Origin: the human T2T-CHM13v2.0 reference genome, Homo sapiens
Length of the DNA stretch: 64,000 bases
NCBI RefSeq assembly: GCF_009914755.1
Contig: NC_060934.1
Reading direction: 5' to 3' (one strand)
Notes under the pieces: model-generated
What the model was told of the DNA's origin: nothing
The model's input: only the letters and a program-made list of their open reading frames with translations
Databases searched by the model: none
Shown: positions 14,252-25,628 of the stretch, piece after piece
Numbering within the stretch: position 1 is the first letter of the stretch
Layout: each line of letters begins with the position of its first letter
Made by a program: the position numbers and the translations under genes

Positions 14252-14678
14252 TGTGGCAGAGACTACCTAGACGCTCACACCAAGCTGTTTCCTCTTCCTC
14301 CTGGGCATACGTGTCTCACTGGGCATACCTGTTCTTCCTGGGCTACACCTGACTTCCCAGCCTCCCTTGCAGTTAAGTGTGTCCAGTGATGGTGAGAAAG
14401 AAAATCACCAGCATCACTGCAGGCTTTCTACCCATTCTGGAGAAAACCCTGATGCAGAAGGGCAAGGGGATTATGGAAGGGAAATGTTAAAAACTGAGGA
14501 GCCACAGATGGCTGGGGCCAGGGTCCCTGAATCACTGCATGGAAGAGAGGCACCTGCTGATCAAGCCATGTTCATTTTGGATTGTATGTGGGTGGAAAGA
14601 AAAAAACTTGTCTTTGAGCCATGACACATTTTGGGGTGTTTCTATTATGCTTAAAACAGCTAGTCTTTCTGTAATACG
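14252..14678 (+). mobile_element. Solo LTR, old MLT1 (MaLR)
   Basis: tgtggcagag...ttcccagcctcccttgcagttaag...gggtccctgaatcactgcatgga...taatacg. Confidence 0.7.
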
Positions 14679-15585
14679 AACCCCAAAGAGGGGTCTTCTC
14701 TGACCATCAATGTCAAATATCTTGCCCCTGTCCATCATTCCCTGCCCCTTTATGTTGTTTCTTATCCTAGCTTCATAGTTTGTAACTTGTTTATTCATTT
14801 TAATACATTGATTTTGGAACGTTTTCCCCTCTAGATGGCAACCTTCTTTGATACACAAACTGTATATCTTGTTTGTCACTGCATTTCCCTAACATGCCCA
14901 ACACGAGCTCAATAAACGTTTATTGCATGAAGGAATCAAGATCTGAATTTCAGCCTGGTCGCCAGTGGTGCTTGTCCATTCTGTTAGACTCTCCACTGCA
15001 CTCCTGCCATTTCATATAATATGCCTTTAGTCACAGTCCCTTCACTGATGGCCTCAGAGCTATTTGAAACCTGTGCACATTCTGGTTAAACCTTTCATCA
15101 CAGTATTTGGTGATGCTGCAATGAATGCGGAATGCTGGTCTGTCCCCCACAGACTGAGTCTTTCTAGGGTGTATTGGCATTCCTAGTGTCTAACAGGTAG
15201 TAGGCTGGCAAATGAATCAATGAGCCGGTGAATTAATGAATTTATCTCAAGAATTTGAGACTGATCCTATCTCAATTCAGAGGCAGAGCACAGAATGCAA
15301 CATCATCAAAGATTGACACGTTCCTTGTCTAGACAAGTGCTGCGAGTCACCACAGCCTGCGCGTAGTCTGGTTGGGAAAGAGCCCTGGCTGGGCTGCAGG
15401 AGATGTGAACTCAGAGCCTGCCCAGCTCACTGTGCTCTGGCAAGCTACATTCTCTTTCCCTGACTCAATTATCTTACCCATAAAACGTGGCATTTGGGCT
15501 AAACAATACTGAAACTGTGTTAACCTTACAGTGACATTACTTAAACCCTGGCAGTCAAAGAGAAAGTAGAAAACGATGCTTTATA

Positions 15586-15892
15586 TCTGTGTTGTCTCAT
15601 TCAGAAGCCACTAACCACATGTGGCTACCTAGCACTTGAAAGGTGGCCCGTCCAAATTCAGATGTGTTGTAAGCACAAAACGCACACTAGACTTCAAAGA
15701 TTTAGTATAAAAAATGTACATTTCTCGTTAAAAATTTTTATACTGATTTCATGTGGAAATAATATTCTGGATATATTAGGTTAAATGAAATACCCTATTA
15801 ATCATTTCGCCCATTTCTGTTTACTTTTCTTAAATGTGACTACTAGAAATTCTAAAATTACACATGTGAGTTGCATTTTGGACAGCACCATT
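15586..15892. mobile_element. MER33/MER3-like hAT-Charlie DNA transposon
   Basis: agccactaaccacatgtggcta...agcacttgaaa...aaatgtgactactagaaa...ttggacagcac. Confidence 0.8.
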
Positions 15893-16202
15893 CTATGCTA
15901 TTATTAGTACTGAAATTCAGCTACATACTTCAGACTATAATGCATAAATCATTGATTCTACATCCTTTCCTGAGTTATCCAAACTCATTGTCAAATGAAT
16001 CCAAAAAAGGTTCACTAAAGTCGATCTAACTACAATGAAACTTCACTATGAATGGATGCCCATGTAGACATTATGCAGTTTTGTTTCATAACCAATGGGT
16101 TTTAGGTTAAAACTATTTCTGAGAAACAAAACAATTCCAGCATTGGAAAATGATAAGCCTAAAACAAACTCAGTAGAGACCAGAAAGACATAAAAAGAAA
16201 GG

Positions 16203-16504
<302 letters not shown>

Positions 16505-16626
16505 AGAAAGGATTTCTTTTCTATTATAGATACTGGGTAGCCCTACGTGCTCCTCTAAGCCCCAGATATAATATCTGTGCTATGGGGAAAGCAAAAAGCA
16601 TATATTTTCTTTGCTTCGTTCATTTT

Positions 16627-17535
16627 GTTTTTTAAATTTTATTTATTTATTTTTTTGAGATGGAGTCTCAGTCTGTCATCCAAGCTGGAGTGCAGTGAAG
16701 CTATCTCAGCTCACTGCAACCTCCACCTCCAGTGTTTAAGTGATTCTCGTGCCTCAGCCTCCTGAGTAGCTAGGATTACAGGAGCCCGCCACCAGGCCTG
16801 GCTAATTTTTCTATTTTTAGTAGAGACAAGGTTTCACCATGTTGGCCAGGCTGGTCTCAAACTACTGACCTCAGGTGATCCACCTGCCTCGGCTGTGGAG
16901 GAAAAGTTAAATATTAGATTTGAACTCAGTTGAACATGGACATAACCAATGGACACCAAGTCCCAGAACAGGTTGTATGAGCCCTTTGAGGCTTTCATCC
17001 AGCACTGTTTCAGAGAAATCTTTATTTCAATCTATTCCTATATGTTAGTTAGTGAAAAACAATAGACAATCACAAGAATAAGTTGACCTTTTTGTGTTCC
17101 TTGACCACAGCAATGAAGAGCCCTCGTGACTGGACCTCATGCCAAACAACTCGCTACAAAAAGAGCTAGGTTCCCAGACTGCGCCGAAGCTTCATGAGAC
17201 CTCTCCTCATCTGTGCACAGAGGAGTGGCCGACTCTGGAGCCCAGGCGGTCGCTTCCCGGTCTGGTGCTGAATCCTCCATAGTCTGGTGAGTGCAAGTAT
17301 CTTTTCCCTTCTCCCCTTCCCATTGCAATTTGCTTATTATATCACTTGCTTATTATATCGTTTGCTTATTATATGGTTTGCTTATTATATCTGCATTGTC
17401 ATTTACAGGGATAAAAGTTGTTCACCCTTAAAGGTATTGTGTGTGTGCCTTTTCTTCTCCTCTCACGTGTTTCCAGCACAGAACATCGGCCTCCCAAAGT
17501 GCTGGGATTACAGGCATGAGCCACCGCTCCCGGCC
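16627..17535 (-). mobile_element. Alu (AluSx-like) split by an LTR (parts 16627-16893 and 17486-17535)
   Basis: Alu resumes exactly after the LTR (cctcggc|ctcccaaagtgctggg); Alu TSD tgcttcgttcatttt/tgtttcattcatttt. Confidence 0.93.
16894..17485 (+). mobile_element. Solo LTR (ERV1-class, probably PRIMA4_LTR)
   Basis: 592 bp, TG...CA termini, perfect 5-bp TSD TCGGC; internal tttgcttattatat repeats at ~17328-17390; family name tentative. Confidence 0.8.
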
Positions 17536-17968
17536 TGTTTCATTCATTTTAGAAATGACCAAATTGTGAGCTGAGATGAAGGTTGGGGTCTGGTAGATTT
17601 GTAGAAAGGAGAGAGTGATAACAAGTGTGGGTAAAAATAAGTGTCCGTGGAAGAAGTGAGAAATTTGAGGGAAGCAGAGAGAAACCAGGAGAGAGACCTC
17701 GGAGGTTGCTTGCAGGGTCAGCAGCGTCAACATCACCTGGGAACTGGATGGAAACACAGATTCTGGGGCCCATCCCAAAGGGTTAATATGGCGGCACTCA
17801 GCTGCTATCCAGGACTTTTTCCTGTTCGTGGAGTCTTGGAAGAACACTCCTCTAGGGCTGGGGTTTCCAAGGTGTAGATCTCTCAAAGCTTTTCTTGAGA
17901 AATCCTGAAGCCAGTTATCGTCCTCAACTCTACATCAATGTCCCACCTCCATAGATCACCTGGAATTA

Positions 17969-19247
17969 TTAGATTGGTGCAAACGTAATTGCGGTTTTTG
18001 CATCGTTGGAATTTGACATTTGATATTGGATACATTCTTAAATAAATGTGGTTATCTTATACATCATTTTAATGGGCATTTCTTGCTTTATGTTTTTTGG
18101 CTAATGACTTATTACTTGCTGTTTATTTTATGTTTATTTTAGACTGTGGAAATAATGTTAGACAAAAAGCAAATTCAAGTGCTTTTCTTATCCGAGTTCA
18201 AAATGGGTTGTAAAGCAGCGGCGACAACTTGCGACATCAACAATGTATTTGGCCTACTGTACTAAAAAACATATAGTGCAGTGGTGGTTCAAGAAGTTTT
18301 GCAAAGACGAGGAGAGCCTTGAAGATGAGGAGTGTCGTGGCCAGCCATCGGAAGTTGACAAAGACCAATTGAGAGCAATCGCAGAAGCTGATCCTCTTAC
18401 AACTACATGAGAAGTTGCTGATAACTCAACGACAACCATTCTACAGTCATTGGGCATTTGAAGCAAATTGGAAAGATGAAAAAGCTCAGTAAGTGGGTGC
18501 CTCATGAGCTGAGCAAAAATCAAAAAAATTATTGTTTCAAAGTGTCATCTTTTCTTATTCTACACAACAGCAAGGAGTCAATTCTTGATCAGATTTGTGA
18601 CAGGCAAGAAAAGTGGATCTTATATGACAACCAGTGACAACCAGCTCAGTGGCTGGACCAAGAAGAAGCTGCAAAGCACTTCCCAAAGGCAATCTTGCAC
18701 CAAAACAAGGTCGTGGTCACTGTTTGGTGGTCTGCTGCTGGCCTGATCCACTACAGCTCTCTGAATCCCAGTGAAACCATTATATCTGAGAAGGATGCCC
18801 AGCAAATCAATGAGATGCGCTGAAAACCTCAATGCCTGCAGCCGGCATTGGCCAACAGAAACAGCCCAATTCTTCCCCAGGACAAAGCCCAACCACATGT
18901 CCCACAACCAGTGCTTCAAAAATTGAACAAATTGGACTACAAAGTTTTACCTCATCTGCCATATTCACACGACCTCTCACCTACCAACTACCACTTCTTC
19001 AGACACTTTGACAACTTTTTGCAGGGAAAACGCTTCCATAACCAGCAGGATGCAGAAAATGCTTTCCAACAGTTCATCAAATCCCAAAGCATGGATTTTT
19101 ATGCTACAGGAATAAACAAACTCATTTCTCATTGGCAAAAATGTGTTGATTGTAATGGTCCCTATTTTTATTAATAAAGATGTTTGTGAACCTAGTTATA
19201 ATGATTTAAAATTCATGGTTCAAAACCGCAATTACTTTTGCACCAAC
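17969..19247 (+). mobile_element. Hsmar1 mariner DNA transposon, near full length
   Basis: TA + left TIR ttagattggtgcaaacgtaattgcggttttt; right TIR aaaaccgcaattacttttgcaccaac lacks its last 4 bp and the TA; ~1.28 kb. Confidence 0.97.
18146..19174 (+). pseudogene. Hsmar1 transposase pseudogene
   Basis: Start ATG->GTG at 18146; WVPHEL, HLPYSHDLSPTNYHFF and WQKCVDCNG motifs; CGA->TGA changes at 18408, 18635 and 18821 plus frameshifts. Confidence 0.95.
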
Positions 19248-20799
19248 ATGGAGGGAAGGTCCTCTATTTTGGCCTCAGGGCCTATTGTCAGCAGAGTCTT
19301 CCTCCCACAAACACTACCCATCCTACTCCCTTCCCAGCGACTTCACCACCTTTGTGGAAAAGGCTCATCTGTAGAACTATGAATCTAGTACTTTCCAAAT
19401 GAGTTACACAGACACTGAAAACAGGTTAGGAGATAACTCATCTCTAGATGTTTTGTGGTTCCTTGGTTTCAATTATCAAAGCACTGAAATGGAAAGGAAT
19501 AGTCACACCCAGGCAAATTTGCTTTGAAAAGCCACAAGAGTTGTTGTTGCTGACTTAAGTCTCAATCATGCCCTTAATGAAAGTGGAATCTAGACATAAG
19601 AGAGGAATAATGCCTTTAGGTTGAAAGTTTCCTCCTCCAGGAAGCCCTCCATCTCAATCAAGTTCTCCAGTTTTAATCTTTCATTACACTTTCCTTTATA
19701 ACACTTATTGCAACTGGAAAATATGCGTGTACATATAGTTATTTGCTTAATTTCAGTTCTTTCACTCAACCGTATGGTCTGTGGAGGTAAAAACCTTTTG
19801 TATCTTTTTCACCTCTGTATCCTTGGGACCTGCCAGTGTGCAGTGCCTATTGGACACTTAGGAAATATTTGCTGGAGGGATAAGTATCTAAGAAGTACTT
19901 TGTAATTATGAAATAACTCTGAGACTTTGTACTTCCATATCTTTCCGAAAAGAAAACTGGGTCTGTAGAAGAGTTGTGGCCAAGAGCAGCAAACAGGCCA
20001 GTGAAGGGGTCAGGGCCCTGAGAGCTTTGGGCTCATTTTATCCATGACAGGTCTCAACATGGCTCAAAAAGCCTGAGGGCCAACATTCACCTGGCATGAA
20101 AGGGAAGGAAAGTGATTCTGAGGGAAGAAACCTTCTAGGTGTGGCTGACCCATAACCAACAAGGAGATGAGAAAAAACTATAGAAGTTGAATTTTTTTTT
20201 AAAGGCCAGTGTTTATAGTGAGATTTTCCAAAGATAAATTAAGGAACTGATGTGTTCCTGAACTAGGTCTAACCAGGGTCAATTCCCAAAAGAGTCTCTT
20301 AAGTATTTATTTGATCTCATTTCCACAGCTGAGTGGACAACTCTTGCCCATCACTCTTCCTTCTACGCAGTGTTGCTAATGATTCCTCCTACTCCACTTC
20401 TTCAAGAACCTTCTCAACAGAAGACGCCAGAGGAGGGGGCCTAAGAAGATACATAGCAGGAAGTCCCCAGCAAACCATTTATCTATTTTCTCCACAGATC
20501 TACAATCCCAAATTGTTCAGCTGGAAACACTAGTAGGCTACGTCGCTTGCCCTAAATAAGCTTTGCAGAAATGAACAGATGGAGGAAAATTTCAAAGCAG
20601 CATGTGGGCGTTTCAGGCCCAAATCCCATTAACAGATAACAGGATTTATAACAGCAGTTCCCACGCAAAGCTTTGGAAATTTTGAATTTGTGTGTAATAG
20701 ATTGGGCTCCCTCTCCCCTAAATTATCTGCACGTTGTTCCTGCATCTGGGCAGGGCCCCTTTCTCCAAGCTAAGGAGCCCACATTGTCAGCTAAGAAGT

Positions 20800-21096
20800 G
20801 TGTGTGGTGGCTCACACCTGTACTCCCAGCACTTTGGGAGGACAAGACGGGCCGATCACTTGAGGTCAGCAGTTCAAGACCAGCCTGGCCAACATGGTGA
20901 AACCCCATCTCTACTAAAAATACAAAAATTAGCCGGGTGTGGTGGCGCACACCTGTAATCCTAGCTACCCAGGAGGCTGAGGCAGGAGAATTGCTTGAAC
21001 CTGGGAGGAGGCGGAGGTTGCAATGAGCTGAGAAGGTGCCACTGTACTCCAGCCTGGGCGACAGAGTGAGACTCTGCCTCCAAAAAAAAAAAAAAA
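20800..21096 (+). mobile_element. Alu (AluSz/Sx-like)
   Basis: Dimer with A tail; TSD aagaag. Confidence 0.93.
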
Positions 21097-21115
21097 GAAG
21101 CAGGAATGGGGCACA

Positions 21116-21134
21116 GGCCAACAGGTGGCAGCAC
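21116..21134 (+). promoter_or_regulatory. Candidate CTCF core motif
   Basis: GGCCAACAGGTGGCAGCAC, one mismatch to CCASYAGRKGGCRS. Confidence 0.45.
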
Positions 21135-21152
21135 CAAGTGGTCTTGTTTATA

Positions 21153-21419
<267 letters not shown>

Positions 21420-22234
21420 TATATTGCTTCTTAATTCTCTCCTTCTCCCACAGAAGAGTTGCGACAAGTTCTGGAAGGGTGGTGGATGGGTTGTGGCAAA
21501 CTGGAATTTTGATTCAAAGCAAAGACAACTAGATTCATTGCTGTCAGGAACCCAAAGCACATGGCTGCCTGTCTCAACAAAACAAGAGAACCTAGACCCC
21601 AAGTTAATGTCAGCAAATTGGGATGCACCTCCTGGCACTATCACAAAGGTATTGACACAGTGACTGAAACAGGGGGATCCCTCAGAAGCAGTCTGGAAAG
21701 AACTTCTCATAGCTACTCAGAAGTAGATGTAAGAAACTCCAAGCATTCCTTGATGAGATGGGGAAGATTTGTGGGTTGGACTCCCACAGGGAGCTATTGA
21801 CTGGATGCCATTGTTAGTGAGATCCATAGTTGCTTTATGTTCCCCTTCAGTATGATAGGGGTGTGAAAACCCGAATTACCCTATTAGGACTAGAGTAGAA
21901 AGGAAAGTTCTTAATAAGGTCATTGACTACCCTGAAACTGTTTTAACACTTAAGGATAAAAATCCATAAACAGCAGCAGCTCAAGGTTGAAGAAAGTCTG
22001 TAAGTTTTCCCCCGCTCCAGCAACTGACCTGGGTGCAGGTCTCCTAGTTTCATGCATGTCCCATTGAATCACTGTCCTCCAGAAATGCAGAGACACATGA
22101 AACAGCTTTATGACCAATTCAAGTGGCCACAGAATACAGTATCAGTGAGTTGGGGTCCCAGGCACATCTTATAACCCAGGCAAAATAGCATCCACACTAT
22201 CCACTGATATGCAAATACTTCCAACCTATTTCTG

Positions 22235-22540
22235 CTTTGACTTCCACAAGGAAGCCTTCCTGACTTCCCTGGCTCCCTCTCAAATGCGCCCATGACATCC
22301 AGTTCTTCTTTACTGCATTTCCCCTGCCTGTCATTAGGCATGTAATGAGTTTCCATTACATGCTTAATGTCTGTCTTCTTTGCTAGATTGTGAGAGTGGA
22401 AAACATGTCTATTTGTCTCACCATTTTAACCCCAGAGCTTAGAAAGTATATGTTAACTAACTCCTGACTAATGGCCTAGAATACTTCGGGCATTATTTAA
22501 TAAACAAAGAACTGAGTGAATAAATGACTGAATCGGTTAA
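22235..22540 (+). mobile_element. L2 3' end fragment
   Basis: ggaagccttcctgac...tgtctgtcttctttgctagattgtgag...gagtgaataaatga. Confidence 0.65.
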
Positions 22541-23423
22541 TCAATAGCATTCAATAAGGTGGGGGGGATTTTATAACATTCCTTCAAATAGGGGAGCATA
22601 CGGCATGAAGAGTTATAACACAAAGTGCTAGTCATATACCATAAGATCAAAATCACTATTAAGAGTACTTGGTTGGGCTGGATAGGGACGTTGACCTTCA
22701 AAAGATTCAGTGAGAACCCTTGGTTGAAGGAGATAAACTAAAACCTCACCTTCAATGGTTATCAGATGCACATTTCTCCAATCTGGTGTATTTCCAGCCA
22801 CACCCAGGCAAGCAAGGAGTATCTTGATATATCTGCTTTACTAAACCAGATCCCCTAAGAAAATTATGGTATCATTTATAGAGATGATCACTTTTGGGTA
22901 ACCAGATAGGCATTATTCAAGAACTCAGAATGTACACTCAAAATCACGTACATGACACTGAATCCTAGAGGATTCAGTACCACAGGAATCCTAGAGGAGT
23001 CTTTGCTCACTTTACCCACTTCTCTTGAACATATACATATACATATACACTATTTACTAGGCTATATTTATGCTGACTATCTAGAACATGGTAGTCCTAA
23101 GTGTGTCAGGTGATTATAGAAAATGCCCTATATTCATTACATAACTTTGGCTGCCTACTTTTATTTATGTGAAATGAATCAGACTCCTAGTTGAATACAG
23201 ATGGACTAATGGCCCACCACATATATTAATCTTATTGAGTTCAGTGAGGCTTTTGTGTCTGATTTAAGAGGGAGTATATGCATTTTCTCAGTCCCCGAAA
23301 TCTGATCAACAGCAGTCATAAGACCAGATATCAAAGTGTTGGGTTCTGGAAGTATAGCATGCTCATGTAAGCTTAAGAACAAAGTTTGACAGACCTCATT
23401 TTAGACTATGTGAGCTTTCTGGT

Positions 23424-24080
23424 TGTGATGGTTAATTTTTTGTGTCAACTTGACTGGGCCAAGGGATGCCCAGATAGCTGGTAAAATTATTATTATTATT
23501 TCTGCATGTATGTTTTCAGAAGAGGTTAGCATTTGAATTGGCAGGCTGAGTAAAGATCACCTCACCAATGTGACAAGCGTCATCCAATCTATTGAGGCCA
23601 GAAGAGAATTTTAAAAATGGAGGAAGGACAAATTTGCTTTTTTTTTTTTTTTTTTTTTTTTAAGAGATGAGGTCTTGCTTTGTTGCCCAGGCAGGCTGGT
23701 CTGGAACCACCGGCCTCAAGTGATCCTCCTGCCTCGGATTCCCAAAGTGCTGGGATTATAAGTGTGAGCCACTGTGCCCAGCCATCTCTCAAGCTGAATG
23801 AGACATGCATCTTCTCCTGCCCACAGACATTAGAGCTCCTGGTTCTTTGGCCTTTGGACTCTGAAATACAACATGAGTGGCCTCCAGTTTCTTAGGTCTT
23901 TGGACTCAGACTGACAGTTGCACCATTGGCTGCCCTGGTTCTCAAGTCTTCAGACTCGGACTGAATCACCCCATCAGCTCCTCCGGGTCTTCAGTTTGAA
24001 GACGGCATATCATGGGACTTTGTGGCCTCCATCATTATGTGAAGGAACTCCCATAATCAATCTATCTATCTATCTATCTC

Positions 24081-24110
<30 letters not shown>
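23424..24110 (+). mobile_element. MLT2 (MLT2B/D-like) LTR with a FLAM insertion and (TCTA)n
   Basis: tgtgatggttaattttttgtgtcaacttgactgggcc...; (tcta)n at 24061-24110. Confidence 0.8.
23638..23783 (-). mobile_element. FLAM_C-like Alu monomer
   Basis: Single left-arm monomer with a T tract. Confidence 0.85.
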
Positions 24111-24111
<1 letters not shown>

Positions 24112-24269
24112 CCTTCTCCCCTGCCCCTTTTCCCCACACCCAAAGGTGTCTTCCTTTGGCTGAATGTTGTTGTACAATTGTATTCTATTGACCACCAAAT
24201 ATGAGCACTGCTTAATTTAACTTTTCTCAATTTTTTGAGATTAGGAAGTGCTTAGTCCTGCACTTTGAG

Positions 24270-24570
24270 TTTCTGTTTTTGTTTTTTCTGAGATGAAGTC
24301 TCACTCTGTTGTCCAGGCTGAAGGGCAGTGTTGAGATCTCAGCTCATTGCAACCTCTGCCTCCCAGGTTCAAGCCATTCTCGTGCCTCAGCCTCCTGAGT
24401 AGCTGGGATTACAGGCACGTGGCACCACTCCCGGATAAGTTTTGTATTTTTAGTAGAAATGAAGTTTCACCATGTTGGCCAGGCTGGCCTCAAACTCCTG
24501 ACCTCAAGTGATCCACCCACCTTTGCCTCCCGAAGTGTTAGGATTAGAGCGTGAGCTACTGCACCCAACC
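24270..24570 (-). mobile_element. Alu (AluSz-like)
   Basis: Dimer; TSD cactttgagtt. Confidence 0.93.
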
Positions 24571-25095
24571 ACTTTGAGTTCTTGAACTCATTTTACAAAC
24601 AAAGTTTATTTTATTTCAAGATTTGACCCTATCAAAGCCATTATAACCTTATTTTTTCTAGTTTTTACTAAGACTACTATAATATGATTCTAAGTTTATC
24701 ATTTTTTATTTTCACAGGGGTCAACCAATCTTAATTTGGGAAAATAAAGGAAACACAGTAATATTTATACTCCAAGGGCTATAGGACTATTTATGGCTCT
24801 TATTTTTAATATAGGTACAATATTGTCTTTTTAATGACTTAACCCTCTTAGCATGACTTTGTGGAAAGCTCTTGTATTTTCATATGGTGTCATGAGAGCT
24901 GAGACAAGGGACCGTGGACTATGAAATGCTTTGTTGGAATGGGAGGAGTAGGGAGAGGGCGAATGTATTAGGCTATGCGTTTAACATGCCCCTGGACCTT
25001 ACTCAATGCACTGCTGTGCTATAAGGTACAGGCTGGATTGTTCCCTGTCTCTCTATGAGAGCAGAATTCTAAACATGACTTTGTTCCTATCACTA

Positions 25096-25154
25096 TTAGG
25101 TTGGTGCCATTACTTCTAGTGGCAAAAACTGCAATTACTTTTGCACCAACCTAA
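25096..25154. mobile_element. MADE1 (Hsmar1 MITE) with a 21-bp internal deletion
   Basis: TA-ttaggttggtgc...gcaattacttttgcaccaacctaa-TA; 59 bp instead of 80. Confidence 0.92.
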
Positions 25155-25318
25155 TATCATCTACGATGTCTAGATTTTCCATCATTCTGTTCCTTAACAG
25201 TGCCATGCCTAGGAAAATGGGTACAGTGAGCCCCCCTTTCTTTACTCTCCCCATCTCTGACAGCCCCACAGCCCCTCTCCTGATTCATCCCACCAATTGT
25301 TCAGTGCCTTATTCTTTC

Positions 25319-25320
<2 letters not shown>

Positions 25321-25349
<29 letters not shown>

Positions 25350-25628
25350 GAGACTGAGCCTTGCTTGCTCTGTCACGCAGGCTGGAGTGCAATGGCATGA
25401 TCTCGGCTCACTGCAATCTCCGCTTCCTGGGTTCAAGCAATTCTCCCTCTCTCAGCCTCCCAAGTAGCTGCATTTACAGGTGCCTGCCATCATGCCTGGC
25501 TAATTTTTGTATTTTTAGTAGTGTTGGAGTTTCACTGTGTTGGCCAGGCTGGTCTCAAACTCCTGACCTCAGGTGATCCGCCCTCCTCGGCCTCCCAAAG
25601 CGCTGGAATTACAGGAATGTACGCAGCC
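25321..25628 (-). mobile_element. Alu (AluSx-like)
   Basis: Dimer; TSD ttctttcacttttt. Confidence 0.93.

Larger units (their letters stand above)
21430..24210 (+). mobile_element. Ancient RTE-type LINE fossil (L4/MamRTE-like), endonuclease and RT remnants, interrupted by L2, MLT2 and FLAM
   Basis: Co-linear degenerate peptides: FWKGGGWVVANWNFDSKQRQL..NLDPKLMSANW (EN); GLD; QSGVFP..LLY; NYGIIL; IRLLVE..NGP/TYINLIEFSEAF; VPE/LIN; QRCLPL..LLYN. Confidence 0.6.

Noticed and set aside
17328-17390. Short direct repeats resembling a CRISPR-like array
   Set aside because: Internal LTR tandem repeats with near-zero spacers in eukaryotic DNA.
18848-19174. 108-aa mariner transposase ORF as a functional CDS or SETMAR
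   Set aside because: C-terminal remnant of a copy with stops and frameshifts; no SET-domain exons; catalytic residues altered.
25096-25154. miR-548-type miRNA gene
   Set aside because: The deletion removes most of one arm, so a canonical pre-miRNA hairpin is unlikely.
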